A stretch of DNA of 64,000 nt. It comes from Neoconidiobolus thromboides FSU 785. Taxonomy: Eukaryota; Fungi; Entomophthoromycota. Position 1 is the first letter of the stretch. Every line of letters begins with the position of its first letter. A model generated the notes under the pieces. That model saw nothing but the letters and a program-made list of their open reading frames with translations. It was not told the origin of the DNA and made no database searches. Below, in pieces: positions 26,719 to 38,253 of the stretch. The position numbers and the translations under genes were made by a program. Location of the stretch: NCBI GenBank assembly GCA_025603075.1, contig MU626258.1, forward strand, positions 321,457 through 385,456, read 5' to 3'.

Positions 26719-29700
26719 ATTGTAGCTTTAAAAAATATTAGTACACAGTTGAATATAAATTAAACCTCTAAAATCAATTAGAATAAGTATATACCTTAAA
26801 TTAAGTTAGAAAGAGGTATTGGGATATTGAACAAATGTAAATATTAAAACAAGATGCTGTTTAAGATTGGCCTTTAAGTTAAATAGGATGTAAAAATGAA
26901 AATCTTTTTGAATTAAAAAAAGAGATAACTATATTTTTAATTGTCAAGTAATTTAATGTGGGTTACTAAACCTGGAACCTAACTTAAACTTCCAATCACA
27001 AAGTTTAAGGTTTAATTTTTGGAAATAGCCAATTACTTTCATTTATTAGGATTATTCCTCTGTTTTGTTTCATCCACTATTAAATTGATGGTGGCAATTT
27101 GTTCAGTTATTTATAAATTTAGCTAAGTATGCTTATTTTATTGATGTATAAAATTCATACAAAGGATATTTATCACTTAATATTGATATTTAATCGAATT
27201 AATCCTGCTTTATATATAATAAATGCTGATATATAGCAGCTGATAAAGGATGTCTAAGGTGTCAACCAATCACTTACTCAGTCTTGTCTATTTGTTTATT
27301 CATCATTTGTTCTTATTATGAGTAAGCATTTATTCTAGCATATATAGGCAAATTATTTGTCCGTTTATTAGAATATAAATTTATTACTATTATTTCAAAT
27401 TAGATAAAGGAATTATCACAAATTCACTATTACTTAATAATGTTTGATTTAAATTATTACTGTGAATATGATTTAAATTAACATTTTACCAATATGTTTT
27501 ATAGGTTAAACGCACCAACTTTTTACCTATAAAGCTATTTTCTTTAAAGGCTGAAATCATAGATAATAAAATAGAACTTAATTTATGAAGTAACCTTATC
27601 TTTTGTTTAAATGTATATAAACATTACAAATAACTTCAGATGTAATTAAAGTAAAGTGTTGACGCATGTTTATCATATTAATATTATTCTATGTTTTATA
27701 CGTTCGGCTAATTTCCATACTAGGAATAAAATTGTACCATTTAAATTTACCAGTGTTTAATACTTTGGTATTCAAGTCCTTAGCCTTATTATTCATACCC
27801 AACCCTCATTTAAGTTTTAAATTAAATTTTGAGAGACATTAATTAATCCAGAAAATAATTAGTGGTAGCATCAATTTTCAATTTAATTGGAGTTTCAAAG
27901 CAAACTGATAACACATGATCTAGTAAAAAACATATAACTCCACTGAATCCTCATCTATCTAAGTATAAAACAGCCACTTTAAAACCATATAATTACTAAT
28001 AGGAATTATTTCAACTCAAAATAAGATACAAATCAAGCTTCTATTACTATTATTTTTATTTATAAACAAGTATTTTTACATAATAAAAAATGGAGTTTTA
28101 TGATAAAATCTGAAACATTCCAATTTTTAATTTTGGGGAAATTGAAATTGACCAATTAAAGTCCTCCAAATGTTACTACTTTTTTAAAATCCCTGATAAC
28201 CAATCAAATTTACAGATGTTTTATCAATATTTTTATATTATTATTACATTTAATATTTAACAAGTTTTAACAACAATTTTTATTAACTTAAAATTTAATA
28301 AATTAAATGATATGCTATAAAGCACTTTAATATATGTTTAACATATTTACAGTTTAAATTAAACTGATATAATTTTATATGAATTTGTTGTGGGGCTCCA
28401 CAAGTGTACCGTTAGGTTTTTTTCAATTTTTATGTAATTGAATTTTAATCAAAATGAATGCTCAATCGAATTGAAAAAGCGCACATTATTTCCGAATGTT
28501 ATTTGCTTCCATTCAAACAAATTTATTACATTTCTACAATTAAAATTAGTGCAAAAATTTAATTAAAAGTAACCTCTATTCAAGTAAAAAATCAACTTTT
28601 TAAACACTGTTTTTGAGTTTAAATTTACAAAAAGTAATAAATAAACATCATTTATATATGCACATTTCATAATTTTATTGAATATTAATATCAAGAGTAT
28701 AAAATTAAAAATTTAATTTAGAATGCTTTGACATTTGTTATGTTATTTTAAAGTTGTGGATCTTAGACAGTATTCCTTAATGTATTAAGCAAGAAGTAAT
28801 AGACTAAACAAAAATGAACTAAAATCATGATAAGTAGTAGCGGAAAATAAAAATCTATTTTGCAAAAGCTTATAGGCTTATAAGGTATCTAATTATTTCA
28901 ATTTAAGAAGGAGAGAATTTTTTTTGAGTAGGAAGTATTTTTATTCAAATATACAAGCCTGAGTTGAAGTTGGACCCAATTGATACTAAAATGTTATTTT
29001 ACCTTATTAGCGTGGGTAACTCAATAACTGAATCTATAACTAATGAGATGAATATAACGGAACAGGATAAGAATATACAAAGTAGAAAAAGAAGGTGATT
29101 GTCTTTTTTTGCTGCATTTAATTATCTTTATTTGATTGGTACCTATTATAGCTTGTGAGCAATATTAATGAAATAAATTTTAATAATATAGAAAAGACAT
29201 TAAATAAGTACAAATAATTGTGGTTCTTTATAATTATAAATCAAATTTAGTAAACAAACGCATTTTGTAATATTCTATTTTAATAAATTGTTTTTTAAGA
29301 GTAGTATTTATCTCACTTTTGCTCATTTATTAAGCAACGTAAAATTAAAAACTTTTATAGCCAAATATTGAAATAAAAGCCATTTTTAACAGTTTTTTTC
29401 TATAGGATTAGGATTCTACTTTTTCCAGGCTTTTCAATTTATGCTCATATTATAGTCTAAGCAGTATGATATTATGTAATTTCCAACAAGTCATAACTGA
29501 TAATTATTACCTGTTCAATAAAGCATATTAGAATATTTTTGATTTAACTAATTTCAAAATATCAGTATTTGTTTATAATATTTCGATCCCTTCTTAAACC
29601 TAAAAAAATTTATTGTTATTAACTTTTGGTATCTAACAGTCTTGTTATTTTTCATAACGATAATGAAGATTGGAATATTTTAACAGTCACATAAATAATT

Positions 29701-29784
29701 AAAATTATTGAAACCGCTAATTAAATAAGTAGAAATTCAAACTTCACTTTTCAAGAATAAACGGGTTTTAATTCAATTTTTCGA

Positions 29785-29816
29785 AAAATATCAAAATATC
29801 AAAATATCAAAATATC
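29785..29816 (+). repeat. (AAAATATC)x4 ending 5 bp before the DGAT2-A ATG
   Basis: Four perfect 8-bp units read directly. Confidence 0.9.
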
Positions 29817-29821
29817 AAGAA

Positions 29822-30922
29822 ATGATTTCCAGCAATCTCAATAAATTAAAAGGTTTAATATCTATCATCTTCTTTACACATGTTACATTAGCCTCTTTGA
29901 TACTAACTATTTTACTTTTCTTAAACCCTTTAACCTTCCCATTCACAATTCTTTATTATGTCCACGTATTCTATGATCAAACTTATGTGAATGGTGGTTC
30001 TCCTTCCACTTATTTCAAATCCTTATTTATATGGAAATGGTTCAACGAATACTTTTCTTCTAAAGTGATCTTTGATAGCACTATTTCCTATGATGAAACA
30101 TATATATTTGGTTATCATCCACATGGTGTAGCTGGTTTTGGAGTCTTTGCAAACTTTGCTTCCATGCATTCCAATTTTTATCAGCAGTTACCCCAATTTC
30201 GATTAAATATTGCTACATTAAACCTGAATTTTTATTTACCATTTCATAGGGAAGTGTTATTAAAGTTAGGGTTTATTTCCGCAAATAAAGAAAGCTTGAA
30301 AACCGCTTTGGAAAAGGGACAATCGTGTCTGGTAGTCGTTGGCGGTGCCAGTGAAGCTTTGTTGGCCAATCCAAAGTCCACCGATGTGTTATTAAAAAAC
30401 CGATTCGGATTCATCAAACTGGCATTAAAAACAGGGTAAGCTTTAAGACAGTTATGAATAATCAATGTATTTAATCTATCTAACTCTTTATCATTATTAT
30501 AGAAAGCCACTGGTACCAATATTTAGCTTTGGTGAAAATAAATTATATACTCAACTGCGACCAAGTAAAGGCAGTTGGCTGGATTTAATTCAAAAGACGT
30601 TAAAAAAGGCACTATCTTTTTCAACACCTATTATTTATGGCCGAGGTTTCTTTCAAAATTCTATTGGTCTATTGCCAAAGAAAGTACCTATTGTTAGTAT
30701 AAGTAAGTTGATTATTAGTAACAATTTATTTGCTTTATTTATTATCCTTTATTAAAAGTTGGTAACCCTATTTATGTTGAAAAAGATGAGAATCCATCCC
30801 ACGAAAAGATTGAACAATTACTTGATGTATATAAGGCAGAATTAACGAGAATTTATAATAAGTATAAAGTAGAATATTATAATATGTTAAATGAAGAAGC
30901 TCCAGAGATTCAATTTCATTAG
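29822..30922 (+). CDS. DGAT2/MGAT-family acyltransferase A (exons 29822-30435, 30503-30702, 30759-30922)
   Basis: FGYHPHG, VVVGGASE, RFGFIKLALKTG, LVPIFSFGEN, GLLPKKVP; exon 3 GNPIYVEKDENPS...*. Confidence 0.93.
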
Positions 30923-31171
30923 TAAAAAATAAAAACAACTTTTAAATGTTGACTATAATCTCTATGGCCTAAAAATAGATTAATTCTACTTTGATTTAAA
31001 GAAATATAAAATGAACAAGTTAAAACAGTAACATCAATAATAAAAATTTATTAACTAAATTTAATATGCTTTTTTAAATCTTTTCTATTAACTCCATTTC
31101 AAGTCAATTATACAACTTCCCTCACATTTTAAAACTAACATTAACTATTCAATTTCTTATTATTATCCAAA

Positions 31172-31591
31172 TTATTGCATATTTTGAAAGTCCATTTTTG
31201 ATTTCACATGTTCATCACCAAGTTCTTTAATCTTATTAGCAAACCTAAAAAACTTTCCAACACATTTGTCCACGCATCGTGCTTCTCTACGATTAAGATA
31301 AGTTTGTTCCGACTCATTCTCTTTATCTAAGCAACTTGATTTACATAAATCTAAAGCACTAAAAATGAAAGGAAAATTAATTAATTTTGACTCGTTTTAA
31401 TAATTGGTATGCTTTATTGAAAGAGTGATGAATTTGAATATAGACATAAATTAAAGGAAATGAACTTACGAGCGAAACATTCGAATATGTGCGTTATGAT
31501 TTAACTCGATTCCATTAAATTCTTCTTCTGTAAACCCACCATACTCATTATTATCTACTGTTGTCTCATTGCTTTGACCCCAACCAAACAT
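31172..31591 (-). CDS. TIM10: Small Tim chaperone, Tim10-like (2 exons, absent from ORF track)
   Basis: Spliced MFGWGQ...MFRSALDLCKSSCLDKENESEQTYLNRREARCVDKCVGKFF...; twin CX3C motif; one GT-AG intron. Confidence 0.85.
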
Positions 31592-32341
31592 GTTAATATA
31601 GTGAGATAATAATAATACTTGAAATAGCCTTAAAACTATATAAAATTTGAATACTTAGCGGTGGTGGTTTGAAGCAATCAAAATGATTCAAGCCAATGAA
31701 AATTTTTTTATCTTTTTGTTCATCTTTAATTGGCGTTTCTAGATTTTGCCAGGAATTTTTAATTTGATTGGTAACCTTCAAATTCGTATTTGAGTATTTC
31801 AGAATAAAAGGATAGAATTTGTCTCTTGTTTCAATAAATAAAAAACTATATCAAATAGTCTTTTTTAAAAGTAAGTATTTTATTAATTTCATGTATTCAT
31901 TCAATTTTATTAATTATTAAGATTAAATTTATTATCAAGATATTTTTATTGAAATTTAGTGATAATTAAATATAGTTAATTAACTCAAAATTAAATTTGA
32001 TAAAAAAATAGATAGATTAACTTAAAGTACATTTGAATTGATAAATTTAGTTTACTCGATTCTATATAAGTTTATTGTAATAGTATAAAATTAGTTATAA
32101 AAAACAAGGTTTGTTAATATAATATAGAATAAATTAAAGATGGCCTGTTATAGGCTTAAAACTAATAGTTAACTCAGCTAGATATCGAATAAATAGTAGT
32201 TACCTTGGAATAACATAATTAGAAATAATAGTTAGATATAAAACTTTATAGTATAGTATAATATAGTTTATTTAGTTTATTTAAATTTTTAATAGTTAAA
32301 CAAATAGTAGTTTTAAAGTACACAAATTAAATTAATAAAAA

Positions 32342-34401
32342 ATGGAATTTAATAATAACGATCAAAAAATGAATAATGGAAGTGTTAACTATTCGGAAGA
32401 GGAAGCTAAATATAATGTTGTAGATAATAACCAAGCTGGTGACCAAAGTAACCGTACGGGAGACAAAGAAGGATATGGAGGAGTTGAAGAAACTGAACCT
32501 GGTTTAGATGTGGATCAAGGCTATCATTTAACTGAAGACCCAGAATATAACCAAGAGATTAGTAATGAAGCAGATCAATATGAGCAGAAAGAATCAATAA
32601 AAAAGGTAGAAGCTGATGAAGAACAACATGAGTTTCAAGATACTGGCGTTGAGAATGATTATAAACAGGATGCGTATCAAGAGTATGAAAATATTGCTCA
32701 AGAAAACAGAGATGAACAAGTTCATGTAGATCAAACTAATCAAGAAAATAACTATAAAATGGATAACCAAGAATATAATCAAGATGAAAGAGTTGAGGAC
32801 TATAAATATCAAAATGAAGGACAGCAAGAGGCTGAAAATAAATGGTATGGAAGTAATAATAACAATAACGAAAATTATCAAGATTCAGGAAATAATGAAA
32901 ATTATCAAAACAACTATAATCAAAATGATAATTATAATCAAAATGATAATTATAATCAAAATGATAATTATAATCAGAATAATGATAATTACAATCAAAA
33001 CAATGATAGTTATAATCAAAACAATGATGGTTATAGTCAAAATAATAGTTATAAAAGTAGAAATACTGATGATTCGTAAGATTTAATTCAAATTTAGTTA
33101 CTATTAAATATTAATATTTATTTTGAATTAGCAAAATATTTGTTGGCGGTTTAGGTTGGGATTTAAATGAAGGTAGATAATAATTAAATTAATCAACAAT
33201 AATTAAATAATTATGATTTAATATTAACCTATTTTATTAGATGATCTAAGTGCTTATTTTCAATCATTTGGTGAGTTGATTGATATTGTTATTATGAGAG
33301 AACCAAGTACTGGTAGGTCTAGAGGCTTTGGATTTGTTAGTTTTAGTACTTCTGAAATTGCTGACTCTACATTAACTCAACAACATGTAATTAAAGGAAA
33401 GAAAGTAAGTTTAAAAAATAATAACAAAATAATAAAGTAGAGTAATAAAAAAATAGATTGATGTTAAAAAAGCAGTACCTAAAGGAAATCAAGAAGCGAG
33501 AGTTGATAGAACAACAACTAAAGTATTTGTTGGTGGCATACCAATTGAAGTAACCGAACAAGAAATTATTGAAGCATTTTCTAAACATGGTAATGTAATT
33601 TCAGTTAATGTTATGTTAGACAAGCCATCAGGTAGATCTAGAGGTTTTGCATTTGTACAATTTGAAGACTATGAAGCTGTAACAAATTCATTAAATGATA
33701 AAGGTTTAATGTTAGGTGGTAAAACTGTAAGTTATAATATATATAATGTGTATGGTATATTTATTTTTTTATAGGTTGATATTAAACCAGCTCAACCAAG
33801 GTATAATAGTAGCTCATATGGTAAATATGGTGGTGAGCCCAACCATTATTCGAGTTATCCAAGGTCCAGACCAAGTCATCGAGGTGGTTATAGTAAGTAT
33901 GGATCCAGTAGTTATGGAAGTTATTCAAGTCATGGAGGACATCGTAGTTATAATAACCATGGACATGGACATGGACATTCTAAATATGGTTTAGCTTCTG
34001 TTCCTAGACCGCCTCAAGCTTACAATTATGGATATAGTCAACAAACTTATACAGGAAGTTATGGTTATGGACAACCAGCTGCAGCTGCATCAACAACTCA
34101 CTCTACTCATTCAGCTTATAGTAGTTATGGAAGACAAGTACCAAGTCAGCCACAGGTTCATGAATATGTTCATCCTAATCCATATGAGCAAAATGCATCA
34201 TTACCTCAAGCTAGCAATAATTATGACGCTTATAATCAAACTTATCAACAACAAAGTTATAGTGATTATAGCAATGATATTAATAATGTATATGCTCAAC
34301 CTACTCCAGGTTATTCTCAAAGACCTCGTTATTCTAATAGACCTCATTATCATCAGCAAACTCATCGTCAAAATCAGCATTATCATCCTTATAGTAGGTA
34401 A
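32342..34401 (+). CDS. HRP1: Hrp1/hnRNP A/B-like two-RRM RNA-binding protein (multi-exon)
   Basis: RNP2 KIFVGGL and KVFVGGI; RNP1 SRGFGFV and SRGFAFV; IDVKKAVPK linker; C-terminal PY-NLS RQNQHYHPYSR*. Confidence 0.85.
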
Positions 34402-35324
34402 ATTAAAATGAAAACCATAATGATAACAAATAGTTGTTATTCTTATATTCAATAAACTACTGATTTAAAAGCTAAGATTAAATAAAATTTAAATTTATAT
34501 ATCTATATTTATATAATTATACTTACTATTAACGTTTATTTTTTTTACTTTCGAATTTTATGAGTGATTAGAAGTGATTTCTTAATAGTCGATTTATTAT
34601 TATGTATTATTAAAATAATAATAGTTTATTTAATATAATAATAGTTTAGAAAAGAATCGATAGAGATAAACTGATGAAATAAAAGTGATATAGGTTTTTA
34701 ATTATTATTTGAGTATTTATTTTATTTTATAAGAGAATCAAAATGAATGCTAATTGGTAAATAATTTTGATAAAAATAATTTTAAAGCTTTATTTTTATA
34801 TAATTAATAAATATTAATTATTTTAATTATAATAAAATAAAATAGATAAATTTAACGTCAGTTATTTTATTCTTTCTAAATATTGATGTTTCTAAATTCA
34901 ATTAATATTAATACAAAATTTATTCTCAGTCAATAATCAAATTCCATTATAGCTAATAAATATTTAAATTCATTCAATATTTCAACATTTCATTACCAAT
35001 TCGGATTAAGCGTAAATTGAGCACTATTTTTTTGTATTTACTGAATTTAATAATGATGGTTATTAATTTTGTGTTTAATAGTTACAAAAATAAATAATGC
35101 CCAATCCATGTTTAACTTGAATAATAATAATTGAATTCATTAAAATGTAGTGGAATTGGACCAATGAAAAAGGATTACATTAACAATATCTAAATTGATG
35201 AAATTGAATGAAATGGCTTCTATTCATTGGTTAATAACACAAGCTGATTTTTTCAATTAAAAAGTTTAAAAAAATTTATCAACAAACTAAGTTTTAATAA
35301 AAATCAAAAAAAAATTGCATCAAA

Positions 35325-38152
35325 ATGGCCAGCCATTATGATGAAAGCGGAGTGAATTTTTATTATTTTTTAATATCAGTATTAGCAATTATATTAATTC
35401 CATATACATTAAGTCCCTTATTTTCTCAAAAAAGTAATAATTTCTATTGCTAATTTTATGTTTGTTTGACGAGAGTACTAAATATTTCATTTAATTATAT
35501 AGATGCATTTAAAAACGATGTACGTACTAAAAAGAAAGTCAAAGTTGTTAAATCGGAAAATATGACCGGTTATATAAAGTAAGTTAAAGCCTTTTCACTA
35601 CCAATTCATACAATAATGTAGTAACAAAAACTAATATTTTTTATTTAATAATAGATGGTTATTAATTACCGTCGGTTGGTTATATTTATCTTATTTGGTA
35701 CATCAAGTGATGAATACGGAAGTACAAGAAATCAAATTATGGGATCCTTATACTTTATTAGATATTGAAGAAGTAAGGATTTTTAATGAATAATGAATAA
35801 TAAATATTAATATTATTTCATTCTAGGGTTCTACATTAAAACAGATTAAAAATAAGTATAGAAAATTATCTTTAAAATTGTTAGCTATTTTATGTTATTT
35901 AAAAAAAAGATATTTTTATTAATGGAGTTATATAGTCATCCAGATAAAGTACGTGGGGTTACTGAAGAAGAAGCAGTAGCTTTAAATTCTAAATATGTAG
36001 AAATTACAAAAGCTTATAAAGCGTAAGTTGAATTATTAGTATTAATATTTTAAGTTAATGATTAATTTTATTCTTTATTTAGTCTTACTGATGATGATAT
36101 TCGTCGTAATTTTGAGGAATATGGACACCCAGATGGTCGTCAACGTAAGTTTCTAACTAAATTTAAAATTATTACTGTTATTAAAATATTAATCCTTCTT
36201 TTATGTAGCAATGTCTGTTGGTATTGCTTTGCCAGCTTGGTTAGTTGAAGCTCATAATAACATTTATGTGTTAAGTATTTATGGTTTAATTCTTGGTTTA
36301 TTTTTACCTTATTATGTGGTAAGTATTATAAGAATAATAGAATATCAGTATATTAGTTATTATATTAAATATATTTAATTAATATTATTTATTATTCATT
36401 AGGGCAATTGGTGGTATAAATCTAATAAATATACGCGTGATCGTATCTTAAATGGTACCATGGCTATTTATTTTAGAGAATTAAAAGATAATATTCCAAT
36501 GAAAGGTAACAAAATAATAATTGATATAATATGATTAATAACAGTTTTTAATCTTAAATTTAGACTTAATTGATCTTATGTCAGCTAGTAAAGAATTTAT
36601 TGATGAAATTGAATACAAAGGAGATGATACTGAAGAAACTCAACTTTTGTGGAAATTTATTAAAGAAGAAGCTGAAAAAAATGGTATTATTGTAGAAGAA
36701 TCAAGAAAAGTAAAAATATCATTATTTATTCTAATCAAATAGCTTAATCATTATGATAATTAGTATACTTCCAAAGAAAATATTAAAGCAGCTGGTCTTA
36801 TTCAAGCTCATTTAAATCGTGTTAAAGTTTCAAATCCTGAATTCCAAAAAGGTAAGTGCAGGGTAGTTGTTTAATATAGTATAATATGATATTTATTTAA
36901 TTAGATCAACAAATGATTGTAAAACGAGCTTATTCATTAGTTTATGGTATGACTCAAATTGCGTTAGCACAAAACTGGATCCATGCTACTTTATTATGTA
37001 TGGAATTATCACAAGTAAGAAAATAACACTAGAATAATATTAAAATATATTTGCTTAACATTTTTTAATTTAGATGATTATTCAAGCTGTACCTTATAAA
37101 GCCTCACCATTACTTCAGTTGCCTAATTTATCCAATGAGATGATTCGTTCTTTAAAAGGAAAACAAGTAAATTTTTAAATTAATTTTATAATAAGTAAAA
37201 TAATAATAATAATTTTTATAGCGTAATTTAAAAAATGTACTAGAATTTATTAAATTAGATGATACTTTACGCAGGTAGCTTAATAACTTATTATTTTATT
37301 ACAACCTTTTTATTAATATTTAATCCAAATAGATCCTTGTTATCCTCATTAAGTGATAGTGAATATAAAGAAACCATTTCAGCTGGTTTAAAATTTCCAG
37401 TTTTAAAATTACAAGCTGGGTATATTAAAGTATTAGGGGATGATGTTATAACACCTAGTGCTATTTTAACTTGTGTTATTAAATTAAAATTATCCACTGT
37501 AGAAGAAGAAATTTCTGAATTAAATGCTCATGATGAGAATAATACCGTAGATAGTGATGATAGTTTAGTTGATGATGAAGATTCACATGTGCGTTCCTTT
37601 TTAAGTAAAGCATCTCAATCTCATTTAGTTCCTCCCGTTCATGCACCTTATTTCCCAGCAGTAAGCTTTAAATATTGAAACAGTAAAGTTTGAATAATTC
37701 ATTAATATTTTATTTTATTTATTAGGATAAACGTAGTGATTGGTGGATTGTTATTGGAGATTTAAATACAGGACGCATGCTAATTAATCCAACTAAAGTG
37801 ACCGATTTGGTAGATAAAACTACACTTAAATTTAATTTCCAAGGGCCACCTGAACCTGGAAATTATTCTTTTAATTTGATGGTTAAAAGTGATTCTTATT
37901 TAGGTTGTGATTTACGTAAAGAAATGGCAGTAAGTTTATTTTTACTTAAGATAAGTTAATTGGTTAAATGATTTTTTCTTTTAGTTTGTTGTTGAACCAG
38001 CTTCTATTTTACCTGAAGAATCTGAAGTAGATGATGATATTTCAGAACCAGAAGATAATTCTTTAGCTGCTCAAATGCAAGCCAGCAAATCAGAAGGTGG
38101 TGCTACTGCTGGTGCTTTAAATGATGATTTAACTTCTTCAGATGAGGAATAA
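35325..38152 (+). CDS. SEC63: Sec63 ER translocon J-domain subunit (many short introns)
   Basis: MASHYDESGVNFYYF start; J-domain with LSLKF|HPDK split by an intron; EEYGHPDGRQ; VGIALPAWLV; VHAPYFP; DSYLGCD; acidic end. Confidence 0.93.
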
Positions 38153-38253
38153 ATTTATTTTAAAACAACCAAGTTTTATTTAGTGATAGGAAAGAATAAA
38201 ATAAATATTAAACTAATATTTTTTTTACAAATGTATAATTTTATTATTATTTT

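Noticed and set aside
28930-29098. ~55-codon open frame ending QSRKRR*
   Set aside because: Short, no recognisable homology, no clear exon structure
32594-34452. Ile/Met-rich ORFs overlapping the RRM gene
   Set aside because: Alternative-frame or antisense shadows of low-complexity N/Q/Y codons
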